Origin: Syntrophus sp. (in: bacteria)
GTDB lineage: Bacteria > Desulfobacterota > Syntrophia > Syntrophales > UBA8958
DNA length: 57,794 nt
NCBI GenBank assembly: GCA_025355725.1
Contig: JANXZC010000034.1
Coordinates: 1 to 57,794 of the forward strand
Reading direction: 5' to 3'
In this document: positions 17,291 to 27,713 of the stretch, in pieces
Numbering within the stretch: position 1 is the first letter of the stretch
Layout of the letters: the number at the start of each line of letters is the position of its first letter
Translations under genes and position numbers: made by a program
Notes under the pieces: generated by a model
Seen by the model: only the letters and a program-made list of their open reading frames with translations
Databases searched by the model: none
Told to the model about the DNA's origin: nothing

Positions 17291-18787
17291 GAGTTCTTTT
17301 GTCGTGGTGTAGCCACTGGCCATCTTGTCCGCCTCGGTGATCCATCCTCCTCCCATGGTCTTATAGACATTAACCAGGGATTGGAACAGGCCTCCCTTGG
17401 TCTGGACCTGGGATAGCTGGCCGTTGAAGAGGCTGCGCTCCGCATCCAGCACCTCCAGGTAGCTGCTGTAACCATTATCATACCTGAGACCGGCCAGGCG
17501 CCGGGTGTTCTTGAGGGCTTTCACCTGAGCACCCTGGACGGCAAGGCGTTCCCGGGTTTTCCGCTGATCCACCAGGGAGTCGTCCACTTCCCGAAACGCC
17601 GTCTGCACCGTTTGCAGGTATTTAACCAGGGCCTGCTGCTGGATTGCCTCAGCCTGCTTCACCTGGCCCCTGATTTTGCCGGCGGTGAAGATGGGGGCGG
17701 TGAGAGAGGCGGCATAGCTCCATGTCTTGGCCGGTCCCGTTAGGAGGTCGCTGAGATCGGCGCTGGCGAAACCGAAGAGCCCCGTCAGGGAAATGGAGGG
17801 AAAGTACAGGGCCTTCGCCACGGCAATCCGGGCGTTGGCGGCTACCAGATCCTGCTCCGCCTGACGGATATCGGGGCGGCGATCGAGGAGATCCGAAGGA
17901 AGCCCCTCCGGCACCGTCGGCAGGACCAGCTCGTCAAGGGTCCTGCCCCGGGTGATGGGACCGGGATTGCGGCCGAGGAGCAGATTGAGGGCATTTTCCT
18001 GCTGGGCGATATTCTTTTCCAACTGGGGGATAACCGCCCGGGCGTCTTCATATTCCGACCGGGACTGGTTCAGTTCAAGTTCCGAAATGACGCCTCCCGC
18101 ATAACGTTTTTCGAAAATATCCAGGGAATCCTTGCGGCTATTGAGAGTTTCCTTGGCGATCACCAGTTGCTGGTCATAATTGAGGAGGTTGATATAACCG
18201 TTAGCTACGGAGGCCACCAGGGTCATGATCACGGCCCGGCGGGCCTCGTCGGTGCTCAAGAGATCGGCGCGGGCTCCTTCCGTCGCCCGTCTGAGCTTGC
18301 CCCAGATGTCGAGTTCCCAGCTAGCGTTGAGACTGGCCTGATAGGTGTAGGAAGTGGGCGACAAACCCGGTGACCAGCCTGTGGGGCCAACTTCCGTCAA
18401 GCGCTGCCGCCCTGCATTTACTGGCCCCAATCCCACCTGGGGAAAGAGATCAGACCTCGTAACGCCGAGCTTTCCCATATATTCTTCCACCCGGGCCGTA
18501 GCGATACGGATATCCTTGTTTTCCTTCAGGGCCGTCTGGATCAATTCATTAAGGGCCGGGTCCTGGAATTGCCCCCACCAGGCGGTGTTGGCCAGGGCCT
18601 TGGCGTCTTTCTCCTCGAATCGCCAGTTCTGGGGCGTATCCACGGTCGGACGCTTGTAATCCTTGCCGAGCATACAGCCCCCCAAAAGCAAGGGAAGAGC
18701 GAAGAGGACAAAAATACTTTTGATCCTCAGGACTTGAAATTTGCGACTTGCGATTTGTGGCCCTTTTAGCAGACCTGAAATCTTCAT
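17261..18787 (-). CDS. RND efflux outer membrane factor lipoprotein (NodT/OprM family)
   Basis: Lipobox LGGC, ASWELDIWG, LLDRRPDIRQAE, AFREVDD, YKTMGGGW. Start uncertain (ATG 18787 abuts the RND stop). Confidence 0.9.
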   Translation of the reverse strand: MKISGLLKGPQIASRKFQVLRIKSIFVLFALPLLLGGCMLGKDYKRPTVDTPQNWRFEEKDAKALANTAWWGQFQDPALNELIQTALKENKDIRIATARVEEYMGKLGVTRSDLFPQVGLGPVNAGRQRLTEVGPTGWSPGLSPTSYTYQASLNASWELDIWGKLRRATEGARADLLSTDEARRAVIMTLVASVANGYINLLNYDQQLVIAKETLNSRKDSLDIFEKRYAGGVISELELNQSRSEYEDARAVIPQLEKNIAQQENALNLLLGRNPGPITRGRTLDELVLPTVPEGLPSDLLDRRPDIRQAEQDLVAANARIAVAKALYFPSISLTGLFGFASADLSDLLTGPAKTWSYAASLTAPIFTAGKIRGQVKQAEAIQQQALVKYLQTVQTAFREVDDSLVDQRKTRERLAVQGAQVKALKNTRRLAGLRYDNGYSSYLEVLDAERSLFNGQLSQVQTKGGLFQSLVNVYKTMGGGWITEADKMASGYTTTKELNPSPPPPPP

Positions 18788-18788
18788 C

Positions 18789-21700
18789 TCAGTTGCCCTC
18801 CTTTCCCGGCGAAGATTCATGCGCCGGTTCTCCACCCGCCTTTGCGCTTGGCCGTCCGCCTTCCTTCTTCTTATCGGAACGGGCGCCCAGGTTTTCAAAA
18901 AACTGGTAGAACATGGGAATAAAGAAAATGGCGATCACCGTCGCCCCCAGCATACCGCCAACGACGCCGGTGCCGATGGAGTGACGACTGTTGGCCGAGG
19001 CGCCGGAGGCGATGGCCAGGGGTACGCAGCCCAGAATAAAGGCGATGGAGGTCATGACGATGGGCCGGAGCCGGAGCCTTGCCGCCTCAAGGGCGGCGTC
19101 GTAAACGGACATCCCTTCATCCCGCTTCATGACGGCAAACTCCGTAATCAGAATGCCGTTCTTGGCCGCCAGGGCGATCAGGGTCAAGAGCCCGATCTGG
19201 AAATAGACGTCATTTTCTATTCCCCGCATGAGAATCGACAACAACGCCCCGAAGAGGGCGAATGGCACGGCCATCAGGACGCCGAATGGTAAAGACCACT
19301 TCTCATACTGGGCCGCCAGGATCAGGAATACCATGATCAGACCAAACACAAAAACCAGACCGGAAGTGCCGCCGGCCTTCTTCTGATAGAAGGCCTCGCC
19401 ACTCCAGCTATAGCTGAAATCCTCCGGCAGTACCTCTTTGGCCGCCCTTTCCATGGCGTCAATGGCCTGACCGGAACTGAAACCGGGGGCGGCGCCGCCG
19501 ATGATGTTTGCCGCCGGAAAATTATTGAAACGGTTAACGATATCGGGGCCCGATTCATATTTCGTGGTAACAACAGACTGGAGGGGTAACATGCGGCCGT
19601 CGGTGGAGCGCACATATGCCTTCGTCAAATCCTGAGGGCGGGAGCGGTACTGGGGTTCCGCCTGGAGGATGACCTGCCAGAGGCGGCTGAACTTGTTGAA
19701 CTGACTGACATAGGAAGACCCGAAGAGGATCTGGAGGGTCTCATAGACATTCTGGACGGGTACCCCCAGGGTCTCGGACTTCTCCCGGTCCACATCTACT
19801 CTCAACTGCTGGGAGTAAGCGTTTATGGTAGAGTTAACCCCATGCAATTCCGGTTGTTTTTTGCAATGGGCAATAAATTTATTTGTAACTTCCTGAAGTT
19901 TTATCGCATCCCCTTCACCGCGGTTAAGTATCCAAAACTGGAATCCCCCCATGTTGCCCAAGCCGGGAATGGAAGGTGGATTCACAGGCATGACCACGCC
20001 TTCCTTGATCTGGGAAAAATTCTTGAAGGCCGCATTAATGATCGCCGGGGCCTGGAGTTCCTCCTTTTTCCTTTCCTCGAAATCCTTGAGGGATATGAAC
20101 AGAATGCCGGCGTTCGATTTCTGGGCGTTATCCACGAGACTGAAGCCGGCAAACTCGCTGACGTCTTGAACCGCCGGGTGGTTCATGAAAAACTTGGCCG
20201 CCCTGGCCCCGACATCCTCAGTCCGGTCCAGAGACGCCGTATCGGGAAGAAAACTTACCCCGAAGAGATATCCCTGGTCTTCCACGGGCACAAAACTGGT
20301 GGGGGTAATGTAAAACATAAAGCCCGTCAGGCTCAACATGATGATAAAGACAATCATGGCAATCTTCGTATGTTTAAGCATTTTGGCAACCCCAGCGGTG
20401 TAACCGTGGGTCACCTTCAGGAAGAAGGCCTCAAACCACTTGAAGAAGCCCTTCTTTTCTCCTACCTTGTGCTGGAGAAGGAGGGCTGCCAGGGCCGGGG
20501 ACAGGGTCAGGGCGACAATCCCGGAAAAAACGACGGAAATGGCGATGGTCACGGCAAATTGCTTGTAGAGCTGTCCCGTCATGCCGCCCAGAAAGGCAAC
20601 AGGAATGAAAACGGCGCACAGAACGAGCATAATAGCGATAACAGGACCTGTCACCTCGTCCATGGCCTTTTTTGCCGCTTCATTAGGGGACAGGTGAAAC
20701 TCCTCCATATTCCGCTCCACGTTCTCGATGACGACTATGGCATCGTCCACGACAATCCCGATGGCAAGGACCATTCCGAATAACGTCAGCATGTTTACAG
20801 AAAAGCCCAGAAGGATCATCCCCGTGGCGGTTCCGATGATGGAGATGGGGACGGCGAGGATGGGAATAATAGTGGCCCGGGCGCTCTGGAGAAAGATGTA
20901 AACAACCAGGATAACGAGGAGGCAGGCCTCAAAGAAGGTAATGATGACGTCCTTGATCGACGCCCGGACGAACTTGGTGGAGTCCATAGCGATCTTGTAG
21001 TCGATCCCGTCGGGGAAATTCTTTTTCATCTGCTCCAGGGTTTTATTCACCTGGTCCGAGACCTGAACAGCGTTAGCCCCCGGTTGCTGATATACCGCCA
21101 GCAGGGTCGCCGTCTTGCCGTTCATCCGGGTGCGGATGGAGTAGTCCTTGGATCCCAACTGCGCCCGTCCGACGTCTTTCAGGCGGACTACAGCGGAGCC
21201 ATCCTTGGTTGCCCGGAGGATAATGTTCTCGAATTCCTGAGGGGTCGTCAGACGACCCTTGGTGGTCACGGAGAAGGTCTGTTCCACCCGGCCGTCCGTG
21301 GGTGACTGGCCGATTTTGCCGACGGCGAACTGCTGATTCTGCTGCTGAATGGCGTTGGAGACATCCGAAGCCGTAATGCCAAGCTGGGCCATCCGGTCCG
21401 GTTTCAGCCAGATGCGCATGGCGTAGTCGGGAACTCCCAGGACGGCCGTCTGATTGGCCCCTTCGATGCGTTTGAGGGCGTCGAGAACATAAAGATTGGC
21501 GTAATTGGCCACGTAGGTCTCGTCATAGCGGCCATCGGGGGAATAGAGGCCGATGATCATCAGAAAGGAACTCGATTTTTTCTGCACCGATACCCCCTGT
21601 TGCTGTACCGATTGGGGCAACTGGGGCATGGCGAGGTTAACCCGGTTCTGGACATCGACCTGGGCCATCTCCGGATTCGTACCGATATCGAAGAACACCG

Positions 21701-21974
21701 ACAGGGTCATCATCCCCGCGCCCGTGGAGGTGGAGTTCATGTAGATCATATTGTCGGCGCCATTGACCTGCAATTCAATCGGGGCGGCGACATTCTGGGC
21801 GATGACATCGGCGCTGGCCCCGGGATAGGTGGCCGAGATCTGGATCTGGGGAGGGGTGATTTCCGGATACTGGGCAATAGGAAGGTTGAACAATGCCACC
21901 CCGCCGGCAATGACAATCACGATGGAAATGACAGCAGCAAAGATGGGCCGATCGATGAAAAATCTCGAAATCAT
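18789..21974 (-). CDS. HAE1-family RND efflux permease (AcrB/MexF-like)
   Basis: MISRFFIDRPIFA, LAIGIVVDDAIVVIEN, AAKNGILI, RLRPIVMTS; 1061 aa. Confidence 0.95.
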   Translation of the reverse strand: MISRFFIDRPIFAAVISIVIVIAGGVALFNLPIAQYPEITPPQIQISATYPGASADVIAQNVAAPIELQVNGADNMIYMNSTSTGAGMMTLSVFFDIGTNPEMAQVDVQNRVNLAMPQLPQSVQQQGVSVQKKSSSFLMIIGLYSPDGRYDETYVANYANLYVLDALKRIEGANQTAVLGVPDYAMRIWLKPDRMAQLGITASDVSNAIQQQNQQFAVGKIGQSPTDGRVEQTFSVTTKGRLTTPQEFENIILRATKDGSAVVRLKDVGRAQLGSKDYSIRTRMNGKTATLLAVYQQPGANAVQVSDQVNKTLEQMKKNFPDGIDYKIAMDSTKFVRASIKDVIITFFEACLLVILVVYIFLQSARATIIPILAVPISIIGTATGMILLGFSVNMLTLFGMVLAIGIVVDDAIVVIENVERNMEEFHLSPNEAAKKAMDEVTGPVIAIMLVLCAVFIPVAFLGGMTGQLYKQFAVTIAISVVFSGIVALTLSPALAALLLQHKVGEKKGFFKWFEAFFLKVTHGYTAGVAKMLKHTKIAMIVFIIMLSLTGFMFYITPTSFVPVEDQGYLFGVSFLPDTASLDRTEDVGARAAKFFMNHPAVQDVSEFAGFSLVDNAQKSNAGILFISLKDFEERKKEELQAPAIINAAFKNFSQIKEGVVMPVNPPSIPGLGNMGGFQFWILNRGEGDAIKLQEVTNKFIAHCKKQPELHGVNSTINAYSQQLRVDVDREKSETLGVPVQNVYETLQILFGSSYVSQFNKFSRLWQVILQAEPQYRSRPQDLTKAYVRSTDGRMLPLQSVVTTKYESGPDIVNRFNNFPAANIIGGAAPGFSSGQAIDAMERAAKEVLPEDFSYSWSGEAFYQKKAGGTSGLVFVFGLIMVFLILAAQYEKWSLPFGVLMAVPFALFGALLSILMRGIENDVYFQIGLLTLIALAAKNGILITEFAVMKRDEGMSVYDAALEAARLRLRPIVMTSIAFILGCVPLAIASGASANSRHSIGTGVVGGMLGATVIAIFFIPMFYQFFENLGARSDKKKEGGRPSAKAGGEPAHESSPGKEGN

Positions 21975-21986
21975 GGCGGCCTCCCC

Positions 21987-23234
21987 TTACTTCTTTGCCG
22001 GTGGGCTGGTTTTCGTAGCAGGTGGAGACGGCGGGGCCGCCTGCGTTTGCTTGTCTCCCGGAGCTGACGGCTGGCCGCCACCTGCGGCTCCGGCCGCCTT
22101 TTTATCCACAATCTTTACCGGCATTCCCACCGCTAGCATCATGACGCCATCAACCATCACCCGGTCTTTGGCAGCCAGACCGCTTTCAATAAAGACGTCG
22201 TCGCCGATCCAGTCGCCCACGGTAACATTGCGGACCTCTGCCTTCCCTTCCTTATCGACGCACCAGACAAAATGACCTTTGGCCCCTTCGAAGACCGCCC
22301 GTCGGGGGGCGACGATGGCATTGGGACGAATGGCGCCCTTGAGGCGAACCCGGACAAACTGACCCGGTTTCAGGAGTCCCTGGGGATTATTCATGGTGGC
22401 CTTGAGGAGAAACGTCCCCGTTTCCTTGCTGAAAGAGGGATCAGCAAAGATCAGGTGCCCCTGAAGTGGATAAATAGAGCCGTCGGCCAGGACCAGTTCC
22501 ACAACAAACTTTTCCCCCCCCGGCATAATGAGAGTTCCTTTTTTGACGGCCTCCCTGGAGACTAGGTATTCATTCTCGGAGACGCTGAAGGTAACCCACA
22601 TGGGATTCATCTTGGCCACATAGGTAAGGAGGCTGTCCGTTGCGGAAATGTAGGTCCCATCCTGCTTTTTGGCCTGACTGGAGAGGCCCGTCACGGGAGA
22701 GGTTATAACGGTATAGCTGAGATTCAACTCCGCTATTCTGACATTTCCCTGAGCGGAAAGAACCGAGGCGGCGGCCTGCTGTTCGTTGCCTGTGGCGTCG
22801 TCGAGGTCCTTTTTGCTGACGGCGTTCTGATCCGCCAGGGGCTTTATCCTGGCCAGATTGGCCTTGGCCGTTGTCCATCGGGCCTGTTGCTGGGCCAACT
22901 CACCATTCGCCTGCTGGAGAGCAGCCTGGAAATTACGGGGGTCGATCCGGAACAAGACCTGACCGGCCTTGACGAACGATCCTTCTTCGTAAACCCGCTT
23001 ATCGAGGAAACCCTCGACTCGGGAACGAATCTCCACCAAGTGGGAACTCTCCGTCTGACCGACCCATTCAAAAACCACGGGCGTGTCCTTGGGCGTGATC
23101 GTGACGGCAGTCACCTCGGCTGGCGGTCGCTGGGCGCCCCCCTTCTGATCCTTCCCGCATCCCGTCATGAGGCCGACAGCAAGAACGATACAAAATAAAG
23201 AAATAATAGCATGGCGACGGCTTGCCGTTTTCAT
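21987..23234 (-). CDS. RND periplasmic adaptor (membrane fusion) lipoprotein
   Basis: Lipobox MTGC, VEIRSRVEGFL, LSYTVITSPVTG, LKPGQFVRV. Confidence 0.92.
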   Translation of the reverse strand: MKTASRRHAIISLFCIVLAVGLMTGCGKDQKGGAQRPPAEVTAVTITPKDTPVVFEWVGQTESSHLVEIRSRVEGFLDKRVYEEGSFVKAGQVLFRIDPRNFQAALQQANGELAQQQARWTTAKANLARIKPLADQNAVSKKDLDDATGNEQQAAASVLSAQGNVRIAELNLSYTVITSPVTGLSSQAKKQDGTYISATDSLLTYVAKMNPMWVTFSVSENEYLVSREAVKKGTLIMPGGEKFVVELVLADGSIYPLQGHLIFADPSFSKETGTFLLKATMNNPQGLLKPGQFVRVRLKGAIRPNAIVAPRRAVFEGAKGHFVWCVDKEGKAEVRNVTVGDWIGDDVFIESGLAAKDRVMVDGVMMLAVGMPVKIVDKKAAGAAGGGQPSAPGDKQTQAAPPSPPATKTSPPAKK

Positions 23235-23262
23235 AACTTACCCCCAAAATTAAATTTGCGGA

Positions 23263-23291
23263 ATACTATATCATTTTCTCCGGCCTGTCAA
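23263..23291 (-). promoter_or_regulatory. sigma70-type promoter upstream of the RND/ackA/DUF3141/mla run
   Basis: TTGACA-N17-TAGTAT on minus strand. Confidence 0.6.
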
Positions 23292-23408
23292 AAAAAAGTC
23301 AACAAAGAACGGCCTCTCTAAATTATGGATTTCTTTCTCTCCTTCACAAAAATGTGGCCTCCTTTCAGCCCATAATGTGATACCCGGCCATGGGAGTTAA
23401 TACTCCAT

Positions 23409-24482
23409 TCATGTTTCTTCCGGCACATCACCGTCTTCATCTTCGACCCAGGCTTTAAGCAGGGTAAAAGCGACAGCCAGCACCACCGGACCAATAAATA
23501 TACCTACGATACCGAAGGCGATAAGGCCTCCGATAACACCGGCAAAGACGAGGAGGAGCGGCAGGTCCGCCCCTTTCCTGATGAGCACGGGGCGGAGCAC
23601 ATTATCAAGGGTTCCGACGACGAGACTCCACACGAGCAGAACTGATCCAGCCATATTGTGGCTGCCCCAGAAAAGCCAGATGATAGCGGGAATCAGCACC
23701 AACCCCGGCCCAAGCTGGGCCACACAAAGCATGAACATGACGGCCGTAAGGACCGCTGCCGACGGTACGCCGGTCACCGCAAGACCGATGCCCCCCAGGA
23801 GGGACTGCGCCAGGGCTGTAACAACTACACCGAGGGCAACACCCCGGATCGCCTTTCCAGCGAGGATGGTGACCTCTTCACTGCGCCGACCGCCCAGGCG
23901 TCTCGCGAAGCGGCGGATACCGGCGGCGGCAGTATCTCCCGTAGTGTACAGGATCGCGGAGATGATCACGGTCAGGAGAAACTGAATGAATATTTTACCC
24001 AGGTTGCCGGCCTGATCAACAAACCATTTGGCCACCTTTCCGGAGTATGGCTTGATCTGCAAGATTATCCCCTCGGGACCGGCAGTCGCAACCTCCTGCC
24101 ATGCCGCTGAAAGCTTGGGACCCATCATTGGTAAATTCTGTACCCAGGCAGGAGGTGATGGTACGGTACTTGTGCGTAGAGATGCTGCCAAGTCGTCGAT
24201 CCGGTGAGCATTGTCCACAATGGTCGACAAGGCGATCCAGAATGGTATTACCAAAACAAGGAGAAGGCCCACGGTCATCACCAGGGCCGCGAGGCCCCGT
24301 TTCCCCCACAACCGCGCCTGAACGAGTAGCAAGACCGGCCAGGTCGTTACAACGATCGTGGTCGCCCATATCAACGCGGGGATGAAGGGTTGGAGTATTC
24401 CGAAAACGGCGATGATGAGAATGGCAATCAACAAAACGGTCAGTGTGGTGTGTGTGATGTCTCGATAATTCGGTTCTCTCAT
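23409..24482 (-). CDS. ydiK: AI-2E family transporter (YdiK-like)
   Basis: PFIPALIWATTIVVTTWP, AIRGVALGVVVTALAQ, DNVLRPVLIRKGADLP, GIFIGPVVLA. AGGAG RBS at 24482 start. Confidence 0.85.
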   Translation of the reverse strand: MREPNYRDITHTTLTVLLIAILIIAVFGILQPFIPALIWATTIVVTTWPVLLLVQARLWGKRGLAALVMTVGLLLVLVIPFWIALSTIVDNAHRIDDLAASLRTSTVPSPPAWVQNLPMMGPKLSAAWQEVATAGPEGIILQIKPYSGKVAKWFVDQAGNLGKIFIQFLLTVIISAILYTTGDTAAAGIRRFARRLGGRRSEEVTILAGKAIRGVALGVVVTALAQSLLGGIGLAVTGVPSAAVLTAVMFMLCVAQLGPGLVLIPAIIWLFWGSHNMAGSVLLVWSLVVGTLDNVLRPVLIRKGADLPLLLVFAGVIGGLIAFGIVGIFIGPVVLAVAFTLLKAWVEDEDGDVPEET

Positions 24483-24740
24483 GATTCTCCTTTTTGTTGC
24501 CCCCCGCATAAAATTTATATTTGAAGCCCTTCCGTTGTGTGTAAATATTTGGTTTTTGTCAATGGAAAATGTGTAGTATAAGAAAGTGTATCGAGTCCCT
24601 ATTTTCATTGTAGATTATGATCATTGAGTATGATAGAACACTACGCAAAAGATGTACGCTTATGAAACGTTTAAGGATAAACAGGAATTATTACCCATAA
24701 TTCCATCTAAACGAGACCATTATGTACAGAGCCTTTACTG

Positions 24741-25409
24741 ATGCCCGATAATCCCGTCGCCTGTCCCGATTGCGATCTGCTGCAACATATCCCCTTGCTG
24801 CCATCGCGGGGGAAGGCGCTTTGTTGCCGGTGCGGCAAGGTGCTGGCAATAAATAAGCCGGGGGGCAACGAACGGACCCTGGCCTTGGCAATTGGTGCGG
24901 CGATTGTTTTTGTTATTGCCAATGCCTTTCCCCTGATGGGCATTTCAGCGGCAGGACGCGAGGTTGATACGACGATTATCGGCGGCGCTTGGGCGATGTG
25001 GCAGGAGGGTAATCAGCTTACGGCAGCCCTTGTCGGGTTGTGCGCCGTAGTTGCCCCGGCCGGATATATCATGGTCACAATGGTGGTGCTAGTCGCAGCC
25101 CGCAGGTATCCCTCGGTGCCAAGCTGGGTTGGCGAGCTGCTTCACTGGACGAAGCTGGCGCAGGAGTGGGCGATGGCCGAGGTAATGATGCTCGGTATTC
25201 TTGTCGCCCTGATCAAGATCGCCGATCTCGCGACCGTCGTCATCGGCTTGGGAATGTTTGCCGCCGGGACGCTCATTGCTCTCCTTGCGGCGATGGCGAT
25301 TAATTTCGACCCCGAGGAGATCTGGACGCACGTACAATGGACCGACGACGGTGCACGGTTGCTCGCAAATTCCACACAAACCATTGATTACCAAGAGGCA
25401 AAGAAATGA
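24741..25409 (+). CDS. pqiA: paraquat-inducible protein A (half 1)
   Basis: CPDCDLL..CCRCG Zn motif, ANAFP, WAMAEV, LVALIKI. Confidence 0.88.
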   Translation: MPDNPVACPDCDLLQHIPLLPSRGKALCCRCGKVLAINKPGGNERTLALAIGAAIVFVIANAFPLMGISAAGREVDTTIIGGAWAMWQEGNQLTAALVGLCAVVAPAGYIMVTMVVLVAARRYPSVPSWVGELLHWTKLAQEWAMAEVMMLGILVALIKIADLATVVIGLGMFAAGTLIALLAAMAINFDPEEIWTHVQWTDDGARLLANSTQTIDYQEAKK

Positions 25410-26047
25410 CCGCACGGGAACCGATGGCCATGCCGTCAGGGCTTGCCTTGTGCAAGCACTGCGGACTCTTGTCAAAGCTTATGACAACGCATGAAACGAG
25501 CTATTGTCTCCGCTGTGGCAACGAACTCTCATTCCGCCGCCATGAGGCAATTCAGCGCACCTGGGCCTTCATCATCGCGGCGGCAATCTGTTACATACCG
25601 GCCAATATCTTACCCGTCATGACATCTATAACCTTGACAGGCGCCGAAGATGATACGATCCTCGACGGCGTTGTCATGCTTTACGCGACAGGATCATGGC
25701 CCTTGGCGCTCATTGTCCTGATTGCCAGCGTGATGATTCCCATGTCGAAACTATTCGCTCTTGCCTATTTACTGGTTACGGTGCAGCGACGTTCGCTGAA
25801 AAGCAACCGCGAACGGGTGCAACTCTATCGCATCGTCGAGTTCATCGGCCGTTGGTCCATGCTCGACGTCTTTGTCATTTCTTTTACAGTCGCCCTGGTA
25901 CAGATGAAGCCGCTTATGGCCGCCCAGCCCCAAACCGGCATCGTTTTTTTTGCGGCCGTAGTAGTCTTGACCTTATTCGCCGCCCAATCCTTTGACCCCC
26001 GGCTGATCTGGGATTCCGCTAATAGCATGGAGAACCGAAATGAGTGA
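25406..26047 (+). CDS. pqiA: paraquat-inducible protein A (half 2)
   Basis: CKHCG..CLRCG, YIPANILP, IGRWSMLDVF, FDPRLIWD; ATGA overlap with half 1. Confidence 0.9.
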   Translation: MTAREPMAMPSGLALCKHCGLLSKLMTTHETSYCLRCGNELSFRRHEAIQRTWAFIIAAAICYIPANILPVMTSITLTGAEDDTILDGVVMLYATGSWPLALIVLIASVMIPMSKLFALAYLLVTVQRRSLKSNRERVQLYRIVEFIGRWSMLDVFVISFTVALVQMKPLMAAQPQTGIVFFAAVVVLTLFAAQSFDPRLIWDSANSMENRNE

Positions 26048-27713
26048 AAACAACGACATCTCGAACATCCCCCAGGCGACAACCGTACCCCACAAGCGGG
26101 CAAGATTCTCGGTGATCTGGATCATTCCCATCATCGCCGCCCTGGTCGGCATCGGCATCGCGGTGCAACGGTTTCTGAATGAAGGACCGACAATTACGAT
26201 CATCTTCAAAGTAGCCGAGGGCATCGAGGCCGGCAAGACGTTCGTCAAGTACAAGGACGTCAACATCGGCCAAGTTACGAAGGTAAGCCTCTCGGATGAC
26301 TATTCCCAGGTCGTCGTGACGGCAAAGATCGCCAAAAATGCAAGGAATCTCATGGTCAAAGACACCAAGTTCTGGGTCATGCAACCGCGCATCACCTTGA
26401 GCGGTGTTTCCGGCATGAGCACCTTGCTATCGGGAAATTATATCGGACTGGAAGCTGGAAAATCAACGGAAAAACAAAGGGAATTTAAAGGTCTCGATAC
26501 GCCCCCGATCATCATGAGCACGGAGCCGGGACGGCAGTTCTTAATGAAGGCGGATAACCTCGGCTCCCTGGGTTTCGGCTCCCCTGTTTATTACCGACGC
26601 CTGAATGTCGGCCAGGTCGTCGGCTATGATCTGGCTAAAGACGGCAAATCGGTCGATATCAAGGTCTTCGTGAATGCGCCCTACGACAAACATGTAAACA
26701 AAGGCACCAGGTTCTGGCAGGCGAGCGGCATCGACATCTCAATGGGGGCAAACGGGTTTACCGTCCATACCCAATCATTGGCGGCACTACTCGCCGGCGG
26801 CATTGCCTTCGAGACACCCCCTTTCTCCCAGACTGCGGAACAGGCAGCAGAAAACACCGTCTTCCTCCTCTTTGACAACCGGGAAATGGCGACGACAAAT
26901 CAAGACATGGAGGCTGATCCTTATGTGCTCATATTCCATGAATCATTAAGGGGGCTATCCGTCGGCGCTCCCGTTACTTACCTTGGCCTCGATATTGGCG
27001 AAGTAAAGCAAGTCGGTTTTCATTACGATCCGGTCGCTCGTACACTCAAACCCCGAGTGCTGATCGTATATTATCGGGATCTCTTCCTCTCACGAGCTGA
27101 CAATCGCCAACTTCTCAAGCTGAACAGGAGCCGGCCGACCACGCTTCAGGAGCGTCACGGCAATATGCAGCATCTGATCGATCAGGGGTTGCGGGCGCAA
27201 CTACGCCTCGGCAATCTGGTCACGGGGCAACTTTATATCGCCTTCGATTACTTCCCCCGCGCTCCCAAGGTCGAGGTCGACTGGGGAAGTGACCCCCCGC
27301 AACTGCCGGTAATGCCGAGCGGCCTGGCGGAATTTCAGCTAAAGGTCACCAACATACTTGATAAAATTGAGAAAATCCCCTTTGACGATATCGGCAAAGA
27401 CGCGAAGAAGGCAATTGCCACCCTTGATGAAACGCTAAAAGACGCTAAGAAGATCCTGGGACGTATCGATACGGAGATAGTACCGGAAGCGAAAACGACG
27501 CTGGAAAACTTGAAACGGGCGGTTGCCGCGGCAGAGCGCGCGCTGGTCAATGCCGACAAGACGTTGGTCGGGCCGGATGCGCCGGCAAATCAAGAACTGC
27601 GGGAGGCTTTGCAAGAGATATCCAGCGCCGCCCGCGCCTTGAAGGTATTTGTTGAATACATGGACAGCCACCCGGAAGCATTTATTCGCGGTAAAACGCA
27701 GGAGAAACCATGA
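26040..27713 (+). CDS. pqiB: PqiB multi-MCE-domain protein
   Basis: IWIIP, AEGIEAGKT, LGSLGFGSPVYYR, FHESLRGLSVGAPV, HPEAFIRGK. Confidence 0.92.
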   Translation: MSENNDISNIPQATTVPHKRARFSVIWIIPIIAALVGIGIAVQRFLNEGPTITIIFKVAEGIEAGKTFVKYKDVNIGQVTKVSLSDDYSQVVVTAKIAKNARNLMVKDTKFWVMQPRITLSGVSGMSTLLSGNYIGLEAGKSTEKQREFKGLDTPPIIMSTEPGRQFLMKADNLGSLGFGSPVYYRRLNVGQVVGYDLAKDGKSVDIKVFVNAPYDKHVNKGTRFWQASGIDISMGANGFTVHTQSLAALLAGGIAFETPPFSQTAEQAAENTVFLLFDNREMATTNQDMEADPYVLIFHESLRGLSVGAPVTYLGLDIGEVKQVGFHYDPVARTLKPRVLIVYYRDLFLSRADNRQLLKLNRSRPTTLQERHGNMQHLIDQGLRAQLRLGNLVTGQLYIAFDYFPRAPKVEVDWGSDPPQLPVMPSGLAEFQLKVTNILDKIEKIPFDDIGKDAKKAIATLDETLKDAKKILGRIDTEIVPEAKTTLENLKRAVAAAERALVNADKTLVGPDAPANQELREALQEISSAARALKVFVEYMDSHPEAFIRGKTQEKP

